Source: a virus
Lineage: Duplodnaviria > Caudoviricetes
Virus record (IMG/VR): IMGVR_UViG_3300032284_000652
Span: 1-52,816 of that record
Strand: one strand, 5' to 3'
Length of the DNA: 52,816 nt
The translations under genes and the position numbers were made by a program. Below the pieces are notes generated by a model. The model did not search any database. It worked only from the letters and a program-made list of their open reading frames with translations, and was not told where the DNA came from. Positions 9,253 through 18,469 of the stretch are shown here, piece after piece (position 1 is the stretch's first letter; every line of letters starts with the position of its first letter).

Positions 9253-10002
9253 TCAGAGGCCCCAGACCTCGAACGCCGCTTGGCGGGTCAGGGGGTCATT
9301 AAAGTAGAAGCTGTCCACGTCGGGCACGACCATGGCCGCCAGTTCGCTGGGGTCGTCGCTGACGGCCAAGAACCGCTGGATGGCCTTGCCGATGGTCACC
9401 AGCGCCTGCAGGTGCTCTGCGGAGTTCTCAAGCTCGTAGCAGGCCACCTTCTTCGGCGTGGTGTAGCAGACGCGGGCGCTGGAGTTGCCCCGCACTGCCT
9501 TGTAGAGCGACACCTGCCGGGCGTGGTTGATGCTGATCTTGGACGGCAGGGCGTGGGTGGTCTTCAGGTCCACCAGAATGCCGTGCTGGCTCCACTCGAA
9601 GTCGAAGTAGCCGATGATCGGCACGTCGAGGCCCTCGACCGTATGCGAGACGGCCCCCTGCAACTCAGTCGGCACGCCGTACGGCCGAAGCTCCGCCAGC
9701 GCCTGCGCCACAAAGCCGGGGATGCCGTCCCGTTCCTTTTCCTTGCGGGGGTCGGTGTTCAGGGCGGTCAGCCGGTCGAACTGGGCCACAGCGGCCTCCA
9801 CGCACTCCGTGACGGGCGCGGAGGGGTTCAGCAGGCCGTGGGCCACACCGGTCTCGGAGGCCGTCCCACGGTGCGCTGCGGCCCCCACGGAGGTACTGCG
9901 CTTCAGGCACTTCTGCAGCACGAACATGGCCGGGCTGGCGATGAAGGTGTTGCAGGAGGACGGGGAGAGGTGCTCGATGCCGTGTGCGGCGAAGGATGAC
10001 AT
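9253..10002 (-). CDS. PD-(D/E)XK exonuclease (RecB/Cas4-like fold)
   Basis: HLSPSS, RGTASE, IIGYFDF...VDLKT...QVSLY motifs. Confidence 0.85.
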   Translation of the reverse strand: MSSFAAHGIEHLSPSSCNTFIASPAMFVLQKCLKRSTSVGAAAHRGTASETGVAHGLLNPSAPVTECVEAAVAQFDRLTALNTDPRKEKERDGIPGFVAQALAELRPYGVPTELQGAVSHTVEGLDVPIIGYFDFEWSQHGILVDLKTTHALPSKISINHARQVSLYKAVRGNSSARVCYTTPKKVACYELENSAEHLQALVTIGKAIQRFLAVSDDPSELAAMVVPDVDSFYFNDPLTRQAAFEVWGL

Positions 10003-10034
10003 GGCGTTCCAGATACGATTGCGATTGAGCCGCG

Positions 10035-10118
10035 ACACTGCCCGACCGGAAAAAAGGTGTCAAGCGGGCCTGAGGCCCTGTTTTTATCGTTGACACCCGA
10101 AAACAGCGCGATTAGAAC
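10035..10118. promoter_or_regulatory. Divergent sigma70-type promoters with a central palindrome
   Basis: TTGACA on minus strand (10058-10063); GGGCCTGAGGCCC (10066-10078); TTGACA-N17-TAGAAC on plus strand (10090-10118). Confidence 0.75.
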
Positions 10119-10168
10119 AATGACATTGATTGTATCGCTTAACGAAAACAACCCCATCGGAGATCGAC

Positions 10169-10444
10169 ATGAACATCCTCGAAATCGACGCCGCCCTCGC
10201 GGCTCAGGACGCCGCCGAAGCCGCAGCCCGCGTGCCGGTCGTCGTCACCACCAAGCGCCACGGCAGCCCCTTCGACCGTGGCAGCGCCGACTACTACTAT
10301 GGCCGCCTGTACCGCCCCCACTATTTCGTGGGCGACACCTACGGCAGCGCCGAGATCACTGACCTGACCGATCAGGAGCGGGCCGAGTACCGCGCCGGGT
10401 GGGAAGAGGCCGACCGCTACGGCGACCAGAAGGACTGGGGCTGA
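10169..10444 (+). CDS. Early hypothetical protein
   Basis: ATCGGAGATCGA RBS; HGSPFDRGSADYYYGR...GDQKDWG. Confidence 0.8.
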   Translation: MNILEIDAALAAQDAAEAAARVPVVVTTKRHGSPFDRGSADYYYGRLYRPHYFVGDTYGSAEITDLTDQERAEYRAGWEEADRYGDQKDWG

Positions 10445-10446
10445 AC

Positions 10447-10620
10447 ATGACCCCCTACGAAACCTTCGACTTTTTCATTCGCCGCCTTGGTGATGGGGCG
10501 CTCCTGCGCCTCATCGACGACGCCGAAGGCTCCTTCCACGATGACGCCGACTACGTCCGCGCCGTCGCCACCGAGGCCCTTATCGAGCGTGGATTTCTGA
10601 AAAACTGGGAGAGCATCTGA
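10447..10620 (+). CDS. Early hypothetical protein
   Basis: Tightly packed ORF starting MTPYETFDFF. Confidence 0.7.
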   Translation: MTPYETFDFFIRRLGDGALLRLIDDAEGSFHDDADYVRAVATEALIERGFLKNWESI

Positions 10621-10835
10621 TGACTTACGGAACCGTCGAATATCACCGCGAGCAGGTCAAGGACTGGGAGGAAATCCTGTCCGTCTGGATCGGCCACCTG
10701 CGCAATGACATCCGCAGGGACAACATCGCCGAGATCGCCCGCACCGTCGCGCACGTCGCCACCGCGAACGCCTCCCTCAAGGAGCACACCGACGCCCTGC
10801 TCGCCGCCACCACCACCGAAGGGGCCGCCGCGTGA
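10620..10835 (+). CDS. Early hypothetical protein
   Basis: TGATG coupling to the upstream gene. Confidence 0.7.
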   Translation: MTYGTVEYHREQVKDWEEILSVWIGHLRNDIRRDNIAEIARTVAHVATANASLKEHTDALLAATTTEGAAA

Positions 10836-11176
10836 GCGGCCCCACAACCCCCAAGGAGACCGACCACATGACCAAGCGCCAATTCGACAAGCTGACCGCC
10901 GCCCAGATCGTGGCCGTGGATAAGGTCCTGAGCGATTGCGTGATCGGGACCGGCCCCGAATCCTGCGAGTACATCGACGGCTGGGATGACGCGCGGGTCG
11001 CTGCAAAAGCCATCCCCGAGTACCAGTCCAACGGCACCGCCGCCGTGGGCCGCCTGCGCATCCAGCTTGGCCACGGCAAGCTGCGTGTCGGCCGCCCGGC
11101 CGCCGATTCCGTCGAGGACGCCTACAAGGACTTGGAGCGCCGGGTGGCGGCCATCGAGAAGGCCCTGCTCGCATGA
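10832..11176 (+). CDS. Early hypothetical protein
   Basis: GTGA coupling, or ATG at 10868 after aaggag. Confidence 0.7.
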   Translation: MSGPTTPKETDHMTKRQFDKLTAAQIVAVDKVLSDCVIGTGPESCEYIDGWDDARVAAKAIPEYQSNGTAAVGRLRIQLGHGKLRVGRPAADSVEDAYKDLERRVAAIEKALLA

Positions 11177-11319
11177 TCATCTTCGGCCGCTACGGCCCGC
11201 CGCCGAACCCGCCGGAGCCTCCCGACGAGAAGATTGCATGGGAGCGCATTCTGGTGATCCTGCTGAACCTGATCCTGTGGGGCTACGCCATCTGGCTTTT
11301 GAAGGGGTGCATCAAATGA
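11173..11319 (+). CDS. Small membrane protein (48 aa, not in ORF track)
   Basis: ATGA coupling at both ends; MIIFGRYGPPPNPPEPPDEKIAWERILVILLNLILWGYAIWLLKGCIK. Confidence 0.65.
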   Translation: MIIFGRYGPPPNPPEPPDEKIAWERILVILLNLILWGYAIWLLKGCIK

Positions 11320-11501
11320 CCGACGCCCAGGAGATCGAACACCTCAAGAGCGAACTGAAACGTATTCAGCAGGCCCTGTACTACGAGCAGTGGCTGGCTG
11401 GCCGTCAGGGCACGCATGGACCCGGCTGCTGGAAGTGGAGGCCAGCGCACTACCGCTGCGCCCTCAACCACATTGAGGAGATCGAGGGGAGGGGCAAGTG
11501 A
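11316..11501 (+). CDS. Early hypothetical protein with His/Cys motif
   Basis: ATGA coupling; THGPGCWKWRPAHYRCA. Confidence 0.7.
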   Translation: MTDAQEIEHLKSELKRIQQALYYEQWLAGRQGTHGPGCWKWRPAHYRCALNHIEEIEGRGK

Positions 11502-11713
11502 GCGACGGCCCGACCTTCAGCGCCTACCTCGGCGACAATCTCTACGCCGACTTCCCCAGAGACGTGAGGCTGGTCCGAATATGGGCCATGGCGGACGGTC
11601 AGGCGTCCGTGCCCCTGTACCTGAGCCCCGAAAGCCTCGCCGCCCTGCTTAACTATGCAGCCCGCTGTTATGCGGGCGATATCGGAGTACCGAATGCCCA
11701 ATCAGTACACTAA
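11498..11713 (+). CDS. Early hypothetical protein
   Basis: GTGA coupling; YLGDNLYADF motif. Confidence 0.65.
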   Translation: MSDGPTFSAYLGDNLYADFPRDVRLVRIWAMADGQASVPLYLSPESLAALLNYAARCYAGDIGVPNAQSVH

Positions 11714-12201
11714 CAACCCATGGACCGATGAACTGACCCGGCTGGTCGAGCGCCTCTGGATGGAGGGCAAATCCGCCAACCAGATCGACAAGCAGATCGG
11801 CCGGTCGCGGAAACTCCGTGATCGGCAAGGTCCACCGCATGGGCCTCAACAATGTCGTCCGGCAGCGGCCCACTATGGTGGTCTCCCGCTTCAATCCCCG
11901 CTTCGGACCTCCCAAGCCCCCTAAGCCCCGCCACAAGCCCGTCAGGAGCCTGCCTGCGGCCATCAAGGACAATGTCGTGCCCCCGTCTGTCAAACCCATC
12001 CAGAGGCCGCCAGAGGGCGGCGTGAGCCTTCTGTCGCTGAAGTACGGCATCCAGTGCGCCTATCCGGTCTCAGGCAAGGGTGCGGACACCGCCTACTGCG
12101 GCGGTGGGACGGGCGGCCATACCTACTGCGAAACTCATCGCAGGGTGATGTATGAGCGTCCGAAAAAGATGCACTCCTCTTCTATGTTCACACGAAAATA
12201 G
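11694..12201 (+). pseudogene. gcrA: GcrA-like cell-cycle regulator interrupted by a 1-nt frameshift
   Basis: WTDE...LWMEGKSANQI...GRSR in one frame continues as NSVIGKVHRMGL...CAYP...YCG...YCETH in another; one extra A at 11811-11813. Confidence 0.8.
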
Positions 12202-12204
12202 TTG

Positions 12205-12234
12205 TTGACAGGGCCTAAGGCCCTATGAGATAAC
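12205..12234 (+). promoter_or_regulatory. Sigma70-type promoter with palindromic spacer
   Basis: TTGACA-GGGCCTAAGGCCC-TATG-AGATAAC. Confidence 0.75.
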
Positions 12235-12282
12235 CCACCACATCGGGGGCGCGGTGCTCTCTACCTTATCGGAGATCGAACC

Positions 12283-12573
12283 ATGACCACCAACGCCCAC
12301 CCCGTCGATCAACTCGTCGCCCTCCGCGCCCAGATCAAGGCCCTGCAGGAGCACGAAGCCCTGCTCAAGACCGAGATCAGCCGCGCCATCGGCGACGGCT
12401 CCTGCCTCGTCGGCGACGAGTGGATCGCCGAGCAGTCGGTAACCACCCGCAAGGGCGGCATCGACGAGAAGGCCCTCAAGGCCGCTGGCATCGACGTGGA
12501 TGCCTTCCGCAAGGCCGACACGGCCGTCTTCACCCTGCGCACGGTCCTCAAGGTCTCGCGCATCGCCGCCTAA
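12283..12573 (+). CDS. Early hypothetical protein (coiled-coil N-terminus)
   Basis: ATCGGAGATCGA RBS; strong codon bias. Confidence 0.8.
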   Translation: MTTNAHPVDQLVALRAQIKALQEHEALLKTEISRAIGDGSCLVGDEWIAEQSVTTRKGGIDEKALKAAGIDVDAFRKADTAVFTLRTVLKVSRIAA

Positions 12574-12579
12574 TCACCC

Positions 12580-12601
12580 ACGGGGGGCTGCGGCCCCCCG
12601 T
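12580..12601 (+). terminator. GC-rich hairpin (no clear U-tract)
   Basis: acggggggc-tgcg-gccccccgt. Confidence 0.5.
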
Positions 12602-12629
12602 CCACCTCAACCCAGATCGGAGATCACAC

Positions 12630-13004
12630 ATGACCACCCAACACACCCCCGGCCCGTGGCGCATCGCTGAGATGCACGGCCTTAGCCTCTACATGAACGA
12701 CGTCGCTGTCTCGGTCGTTCAGGCGGATGAGGCCGCAGAGGAGGATAGGCCCATCCAGCACATCGCCTTCGTGTCCTGCCATGCCGACTACAAGCGGGGC
12801 ACCGGCCACAAGGCGCAGTGCGCGGAGCGTGACGCCAACGCCCGCCTGATCGCGGCCGCGCCAGAACTGTTGGCGGCCGCAAATCGGGTCCGCCGGTCCT
12901 ACCCCTTGTTTGAGCCAGATGCCGATGGCGAGTGTGTCCTGATCCGCAGATCGGACCTCGATGCGCTTATCGCCACCATCGACAAGGCGGAGGGCCGGGC
13001 ATGA
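12630..13004 (+). CDS. Early hypothetical protein (HTPGPW...ANARLIAAAPELL type)
   Basis: Common phage small-protein motif; ATCGGAGATCAC RBS. Confidence 0.8.
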   Translation: MTTQHTPGPWRIAEMHGLSLYMNDVAVSVVQADEAAEEDRPIQHIAFVSCHADYKRGTGHKAQCAERDANARLIAAAPELLAAANRVRRSYPLFEPDADGECVLIRRSDLDALIATIDKAEGRA

Positions 13005-13206
13005 CCAAATACACCGCCACCTGCTCCGAGTGCGGCCAGCGGTGGCACTGCTGGGCCGAGCGGGGAGCCCTGCCCGTGCCCGGAGTGTACCGCCCGTTCC
13101 TACGACTGGTGCAGCCATGACCACCCGGCGACTGCGCTGGGCCTGTTCGTCGAGATCGGCACCCTGACGTTCGAGGAGGAGCCCGAAAACATTTCCAAAT
13201 AATATC

Positions 13207-13245
13207 TTGTAGGATGTGAGGCCCTATGGCATACAGGGGGCCTCA
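13207..13245 (+). promoter_or_regulatory. Promoter-like element with two inverted TGAGGCCC half-sites
   Basis: TTGTAG-N17-CATACA; tgaggccc at 13217 and gggcctca ending at 13245. Confidence 0.55.
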
Positions 13246-13272
13246 ATCTATTCTGCTTTATCGGAGATCGAC

Positions 13273-14763
<1,491 letters not shown>

Positions 14764-14769
14764 CATCGG

Positions 14770-14794
14770 CGGGGGCTTTAAGCCCCCGTCCTTT
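14770..14794 (+). terminator. Terminator-like hairpin
   Basis: cgggggctt-t-aagcccccg followed by tccttt. Confidence 0.55.
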
Positions 14795-14807
14795 ATCGGA
14801 GATCGAA

Positions 14808-15317
14808 ATGCGAAGTGATTTGAAAGAATGCGTGATCGAGGCCCTGACGCACTCCGGCGATGATCCGGGTGCAGCAGTGGATACCATCGTCGAGTGGTCT
14901 GCGCAGGACCCGTCCCTGCGGGACAGGCTGCTGCGTCTGGGCGCTCAGCAGGTCGTCAGGACGTACTACAACGACCAGCGCGAGAGCGCGATGACCATGG
15001 CCATAGGCCGCGTGGCGGCCAGTCTGGACAATCCTAACGTCGCCCAGAGGGTCGCCGCCCGCATCGCCCGCAAGGCGTTTTGGGACAAGTACACCCTGTA
15101 CGGCCACATCCCGCTCAAGGGGGCCACCAAGGCCCAACTGCTGGAAAGCATCGGCAACCGCCGGGCCCAGATCACATCAGAGCAGCGCAACCTCAACTTC
15201 GAGCAGTTGATCGCCGACCGGCTGCCAGACGACGACGCGCGCGTGTCGGATCACCTGACGGAGGCGCAGGTAGAGCGCCTCGCCAACAAGGCCATGGGAG
15301 TGAAGCAGTATGCGTAA
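14808..15317 (+). CDS. Hypothetical protein
   Basis: ATCGGAGATCGA RBS before the ATG at 14808. Confidence 0.75.
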   Translation: MRSDLKECVIEALTHSGDDPGAAVDTIVEWSAQDPSLRDRLLRLGAQQVVRTYYNDQRESAMTMAIGRVAASLDNPNVAQRVAARIARKAFWDKYTLYGHIPLKGATKAQLLESIGNRRAQITSEQRNLNFEQLIADRLPDDDARVSDHLTEAQVERLANKAMGVKQYA

Positions 15318-15630
15318 GAACTCGTTCGCACGGACCAGCGACGGCCTGCGGGACGCCCTGATGTCAGAAATGGAGGATATCCGGGCAGGCATAGCCAGCG
15401 CCGCCGAGGCCACCGCCTTCGCCCTGCTGGCCAAGCAGGTCATTGGGTCCATGGAGGCCGATATCGCCATGCAGTCCCGCACTGACGCCTTGGAGAACCG
15501 CATGTACCGCCGCAAGCGGGAGGAGGAGGAGATCGCTTACCGCCGCGGGCAGGAGGAGCGTGAGCGCCTGATCGAAGAGCGAAGCGAGCACATGAATCTT
15601 TTCTTGGAGAGCCTCAATGAAACTCGCTGA
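15310..15630 (+). CDS. Hypothetical protein
   Basis: Overlaps both neighbours; charged helical C-terminus. Confidence 0.65.
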   Translation: MRKNSFARTSDGLRDALMSEMEDIRAGIASAAEATAFALLAKQVIGSMEADIAMQSRTDALENRMYRRKREEEEIAYRRGQEERERLIEERSEHMNLFLESLNETR

Positions 15631-16312
15631 GCGTGACTTCAACGAAATCCCCGATGGATATGTATACAGGGAGGGGGAGCATTCTGACCTGATCCAGTTT
15701 GGAAACAACAGAAGGTATACCCACCATCCAGTCGCGGCTTCGGCTGAATGCTTGGAAATGAAAGTTTTCCGCCATCTGAACGCAGAGGAAATTATTTACA
15801 TAATCCGAAAGTATGCGGGCACGAGAAGCATGGTCAATTTCTTTGACCGCATGCTTCAAGACAATCGAACCAGCTACGAATACGTCAGAGGCATTCAGGT
15901 AAACTTGCAGAATGCCATAGAAATGGTTGGCCTGCGTGGTGGGTGCTCCTGCGAGACCTGCGACAAGATGGCCTACAATCCGGTTCCTGACGTTGCCGGG
16001 AACTGGGAGGAGGTCGATGCCTTTTTCCAGAGGGACAAGTCCGACGCCGCAATCGGCAGGCTGTGCTACCCAAAATTTCATGGCAGGCTGCCGATCCTGT
16101 GCGACGACTGCATGAGCATTGTCCGGCAGGTGCAGATCGAGAACCCCCACCTTCCCGTGTGGAGAAACGGCGACGTGCTGGCGCTCAAGCAGCTTTTGAG
16201 GCTTGTTGAGGTTGCCGCTGGCATCCCGCCAGAAAAACGCAAACGAAAGAAGCGCGCTCCAGAGCCGCGAAATCTGGCAGAAGTTTACTGGTCGAAAGGC
16301 ATTGGAACGTGA
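15617..16312 (+). CDS. Hypothetical protein with two CxxC pairs (lower GC)
   Basis: CETC...CDDC; RBS ggag; coupled to rusA. Confidence 0.65.
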   Translation: MKLAERDFNEIPDGYVYREGEHSDLIQFGNNRRYTHHPVAASAECLEMKVFRHLNAEEIIYIIRKYAGTRSMVNFFDRMLQDNRTSYEYVRGIQVNLQNAIEMVGLRGGCSCETCDKMAYNPVPDVAGNWEEVDAFFQRDKSDAAIGRLCYPKFHGRLPILCDDCMSIVRQVQIENPHLPVWRNGDVLALKQLLRLVEVAAGIPPEKRKRKKRAPEPRNLAEVYWSKGIGT

Positions 16313-16749
16313 CCTACATCAGCTTCAAGGTTCCCGGCGAGCCCCGTGGCAAGGGCCGCCCCCGCGCCACCCGCATGGGCAACAACATCCGCCTGTACAC
16401 CGACGCCAAGACCTCCGCTTACGAGAACCTCGTCGCCCTTGCCTGCCAGCAGGCCATGCAGGCCGCTGGGCAGCCGCCCCTGACCGGCGCGCTGGCTCTC
16501 AGCGTGATCGCCTACGTCGGCATCCCCAAGTCCACCTCCAAGGCCAAACGGGAGCAGGCGGCCGAGGGATACTTGCGGCCGACCAAGAAGCCGGACCTCG
16601 ATAACATCATCAAGGCCGTCCTCGATGGCCTGAACGGCGTGGCGTTTGTGGACGACGTTCAGGTCGTCAATATTTCGGCAAAAAAACTGTATGCGATTGC
16701 TGAGCCCTACTTGCTGGTCAGCGTGGCGGCTCTGGAGACGCAAGCATGA
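16309..16749 (+). CDS. rusA: RusA-family Holliday junction resolvase
   Basis: VPGEPRGKGRPR and KPDLDNIIKAVLDGLNGVAFVDDVQV motifs. Confidence 0.93.
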   Translation: MTYISFKVPGEPRGKGRPRATRMGNNIRLYTDAKTSAYENLVALACQQAMQAAGQPPLTGALALSVIAYVGIPKSTSKAKREQAAEGYLRPTKKPDLDNIIKAVLDGLNGVAFVDDVQVVNISAKKLYAIAEPYLLVSVAALETQA

Positions 16750-17945
16750 GCGCCTACTACAACGAATTTGATCCTAACGCCGCAGCATGGTTGCGGGAAC
16801 TTATCAAGCAGGGACTGATCGCGCCCGGCGATGTTGACACGCGATCCATCAAGGAAGTGAACCCAGATGACCTCAAGGCGTACACGCAATGCCATTTCTT
16901 CGCGGGGATCGGAGGATGGTCCTACGCTCTTCGACTGGCTGGATGGCCAGATGATAGGCCCGTCTGGACAGGAAGCTGCCCCTGCCAGCCCTTCAGCGCC
17001 GCTGGCGCTGGCAAGCAAGCCGGATTCAATGACGAGCGGCACCTCTGGCCGACCTTCTTGGGCCTCATCCAAGAGCGCCGCCCTTCAATCGTTTTTGGAG
17101 AGCAGGTTGCGAGCAAGGACGGACTCAATTGGCTCGATCTTGTACAGGCTGACTTGGAAGCATCGAATTACGCCGTTGGGGCGGCAGATTTGTGCGCTGC
17201 GGGCGTCGGCGCGCCGCACATCCGTCAGCGACTCTGGTTTGTTGGGCTGGGGGACGCCGACGACGCGCGATTGGAAGGACGACGGGAAGTACGTGCGCGA
17301 CCCGAAGAAGGGCAACAGCCTTTCGGTTCTGCCTTATGCCGCCGGATTGGCCGCTTGGCCGACGCCGACGAAGAGCAACGGGGATGGCGGCCAGCACATG
17401 ACCGGATCATCGACGGGGCGGCGTCCGAACGGCACCAAGGAGACGGTGAGCTTGCCGGGGGTGGCGGACTTGGCTGGCTGGCCGATGGAGGGATGGAAGA
17501 GTCCGAAAGCATCCGAGGGGATGGGGCGATACAGCCAATTCAAAGGTATTCGCTATCCGGGGCTGTGGATGCAGACGGAGTTTGCGGGCTGGGGGACCCC
17601 TTTAACCAACCACGCAAACGGGGAACCGGAAGCCTTTTTGGAGCGGAAGCGCAAAAGTATGGCGAACGGGTCGCAGTCGATGGGCGTTTGCCTGAGCGAC
17701 CTGAACATGCAGGTGAAAGCATGGGTGCCGCCCCAACCGGCCCGACTAACGGCCTCTGGCGAGATGCTGACTGGCTCTTCTGCCGGGATGGAAAGTGGCG
17801 GCCAGTTGAACCCGGCACATTCCCGCTGGCTCATGGGTTACCCGCCAGAGTGGGACGACTGCGCGGTTACGGCAATGCCATTGTCCCGCAAGTCGCGGAA
17901 GTCTTCATCCGCACAGTGATGGAACATCAACATGACCTGCCCTGA
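16746..17945 (+). CDS. DNA (cytosine-5) methyltransferase, large subunit
   Basis: Motif [48 protein letters not shown]. Confidence 0.92.
   Translation: MSAYYNEFDPNAAAWLRELIKQGLIAPGDVDTRSIKEVNPDDLKAYTQCHFFAGIGGWSYALRLAGWPDDRPVWTGSCPCQPFSAAGAGKQAGFNDERHLWPTFLGLIQERRPSIVFGEQVASKDGLNWLDLVQADLEASNYAVGAADLCAAGVGAPHIRQRLWFVGLGDADDARLEGRREVRARPEEGQQPFGSALCRRIGRLADADEEQRGWRPAHDRIIDGAASERHQGDGELAGGGGLGWLADGGMEESESIRGDGAIQPIQRYSLSGAVDADGVCGLGDPFNQPRKRGTGSLFGAEAQKYGERVAVDGRLPERPEHAGESMGAAPTGPTNGLWRDADWLFCRDGKWRPVEPGTFPLAHGLPARVGRLRGYGNAIVPQVAEVFIRTVMEHQHDLP
16867..17919 (+). CDS. Nested alternative-frame ORF, putative second (TRD/motif IX) subunit of the methyltransferase
   Basis: 350 codons without a stop in the +1 frame; four W[PGK][TS]P repeats and [14 protein letters not shown]. 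True start may be an internal ATG such as 17029. Confidence 0.75.
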   Translation: MTSRRTRNAISSRGSEDGPTLFDWLDGQMIGPSGQEAAPASPSAPLALASKPDSMTSGTSGRPSWASSKSAALQSFLESRLRARTDSIGSILYRLTWKHRITPLGRQICALRASARRTSVSDSGLLGWGTPTTRDWKDDGKYVRDPKKGNSLSVLPYAAGLAAWPTPTKSNGDGGQHMTGSSTGRRPNGTKETVSLPGVADLAGWPMEGWKSPKASEGMGRYSQFKGIRYPGLWMQTEFAGWGTPLTNHANGEPEAFLERKRKSMANGSQSMGVCLSDLNMQVKAWVPPQPARLTASGEMLTGSSAGMESGGQLNPAHSRWLMGYPPEWDDCAVTAMPLSRKSRKSSSAQ

Positions 17946-18330
17946 CTGCGCCAAGCTCAAGGCCCGCATCGCCGTCCTCGAAGGCAATCTGAATGACCTG
18001 ACGCTCATGCTTACCGACCCCGCGGCGGACCAGCGCCGGGCGCTGAAGGAGACCTACGGCCTGCAGCCCAACGAGGCATCGATCCTGCTGGCGCTGTACC
18101 GGGCCCATGGGCGGTGCGTGGGCCATGAGAACCTGCTGCAGGCCCGGATCAAGGACTACGCCAAACACGGCGGCACCGACGCCGTCCTGAAGGTCTACAT
18201 CGTCCGCATCCGCAAGAAGGTCGGCAAGGGGGCCGTCACCAACAACTGGGGCGTCGGCTACTCGATCACGCCGGAGGGCATCACGAAGGTGAAAGCCGCC
18301 TTGACGGCCCACGGGCTCGCGTCAGAATGA
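17932..18330 (+). CDS. Stand-alone OmpR/CtrA-type winged-helix DNA-binding protein
   Basis: LKVYIVRIRKKV...NNWGVGY resembles the OmpR-family C-terminal domain; no receiver domain. Confidence 0.75.
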   Translation: MTCPDCAKLKARIAVLEGNLNDLTLMLTDPAADQRRALKETYGLQPNEASILLALYRAHGRCVGHENLLQARIKDYAKHGGTDAVLKVYIVRIRKKVGKGAVTNNWGVGYSITPEGITKVKAALTAHGLASE

Positions 18331-18469
18331 AAAGGGGCCGGGTCGCCCGTCAATGCGTCCCGGCCCCAAGTCTAACCAACTAGAGCAACGCCGGAATAGT
18401 ATCAGCAGTGTCCACACACCGCAACATTTAGACACCGACGCTGCTCTCGAACCGTCAATCGAGAGCGAG

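Noticed and set aside
8503-9999. 498-aa plus-strand ORF
   Set aside because: Antisense shadow of the nuclease and SSB-like genes; high GC3 keeps the opposite frame open; no motifs.
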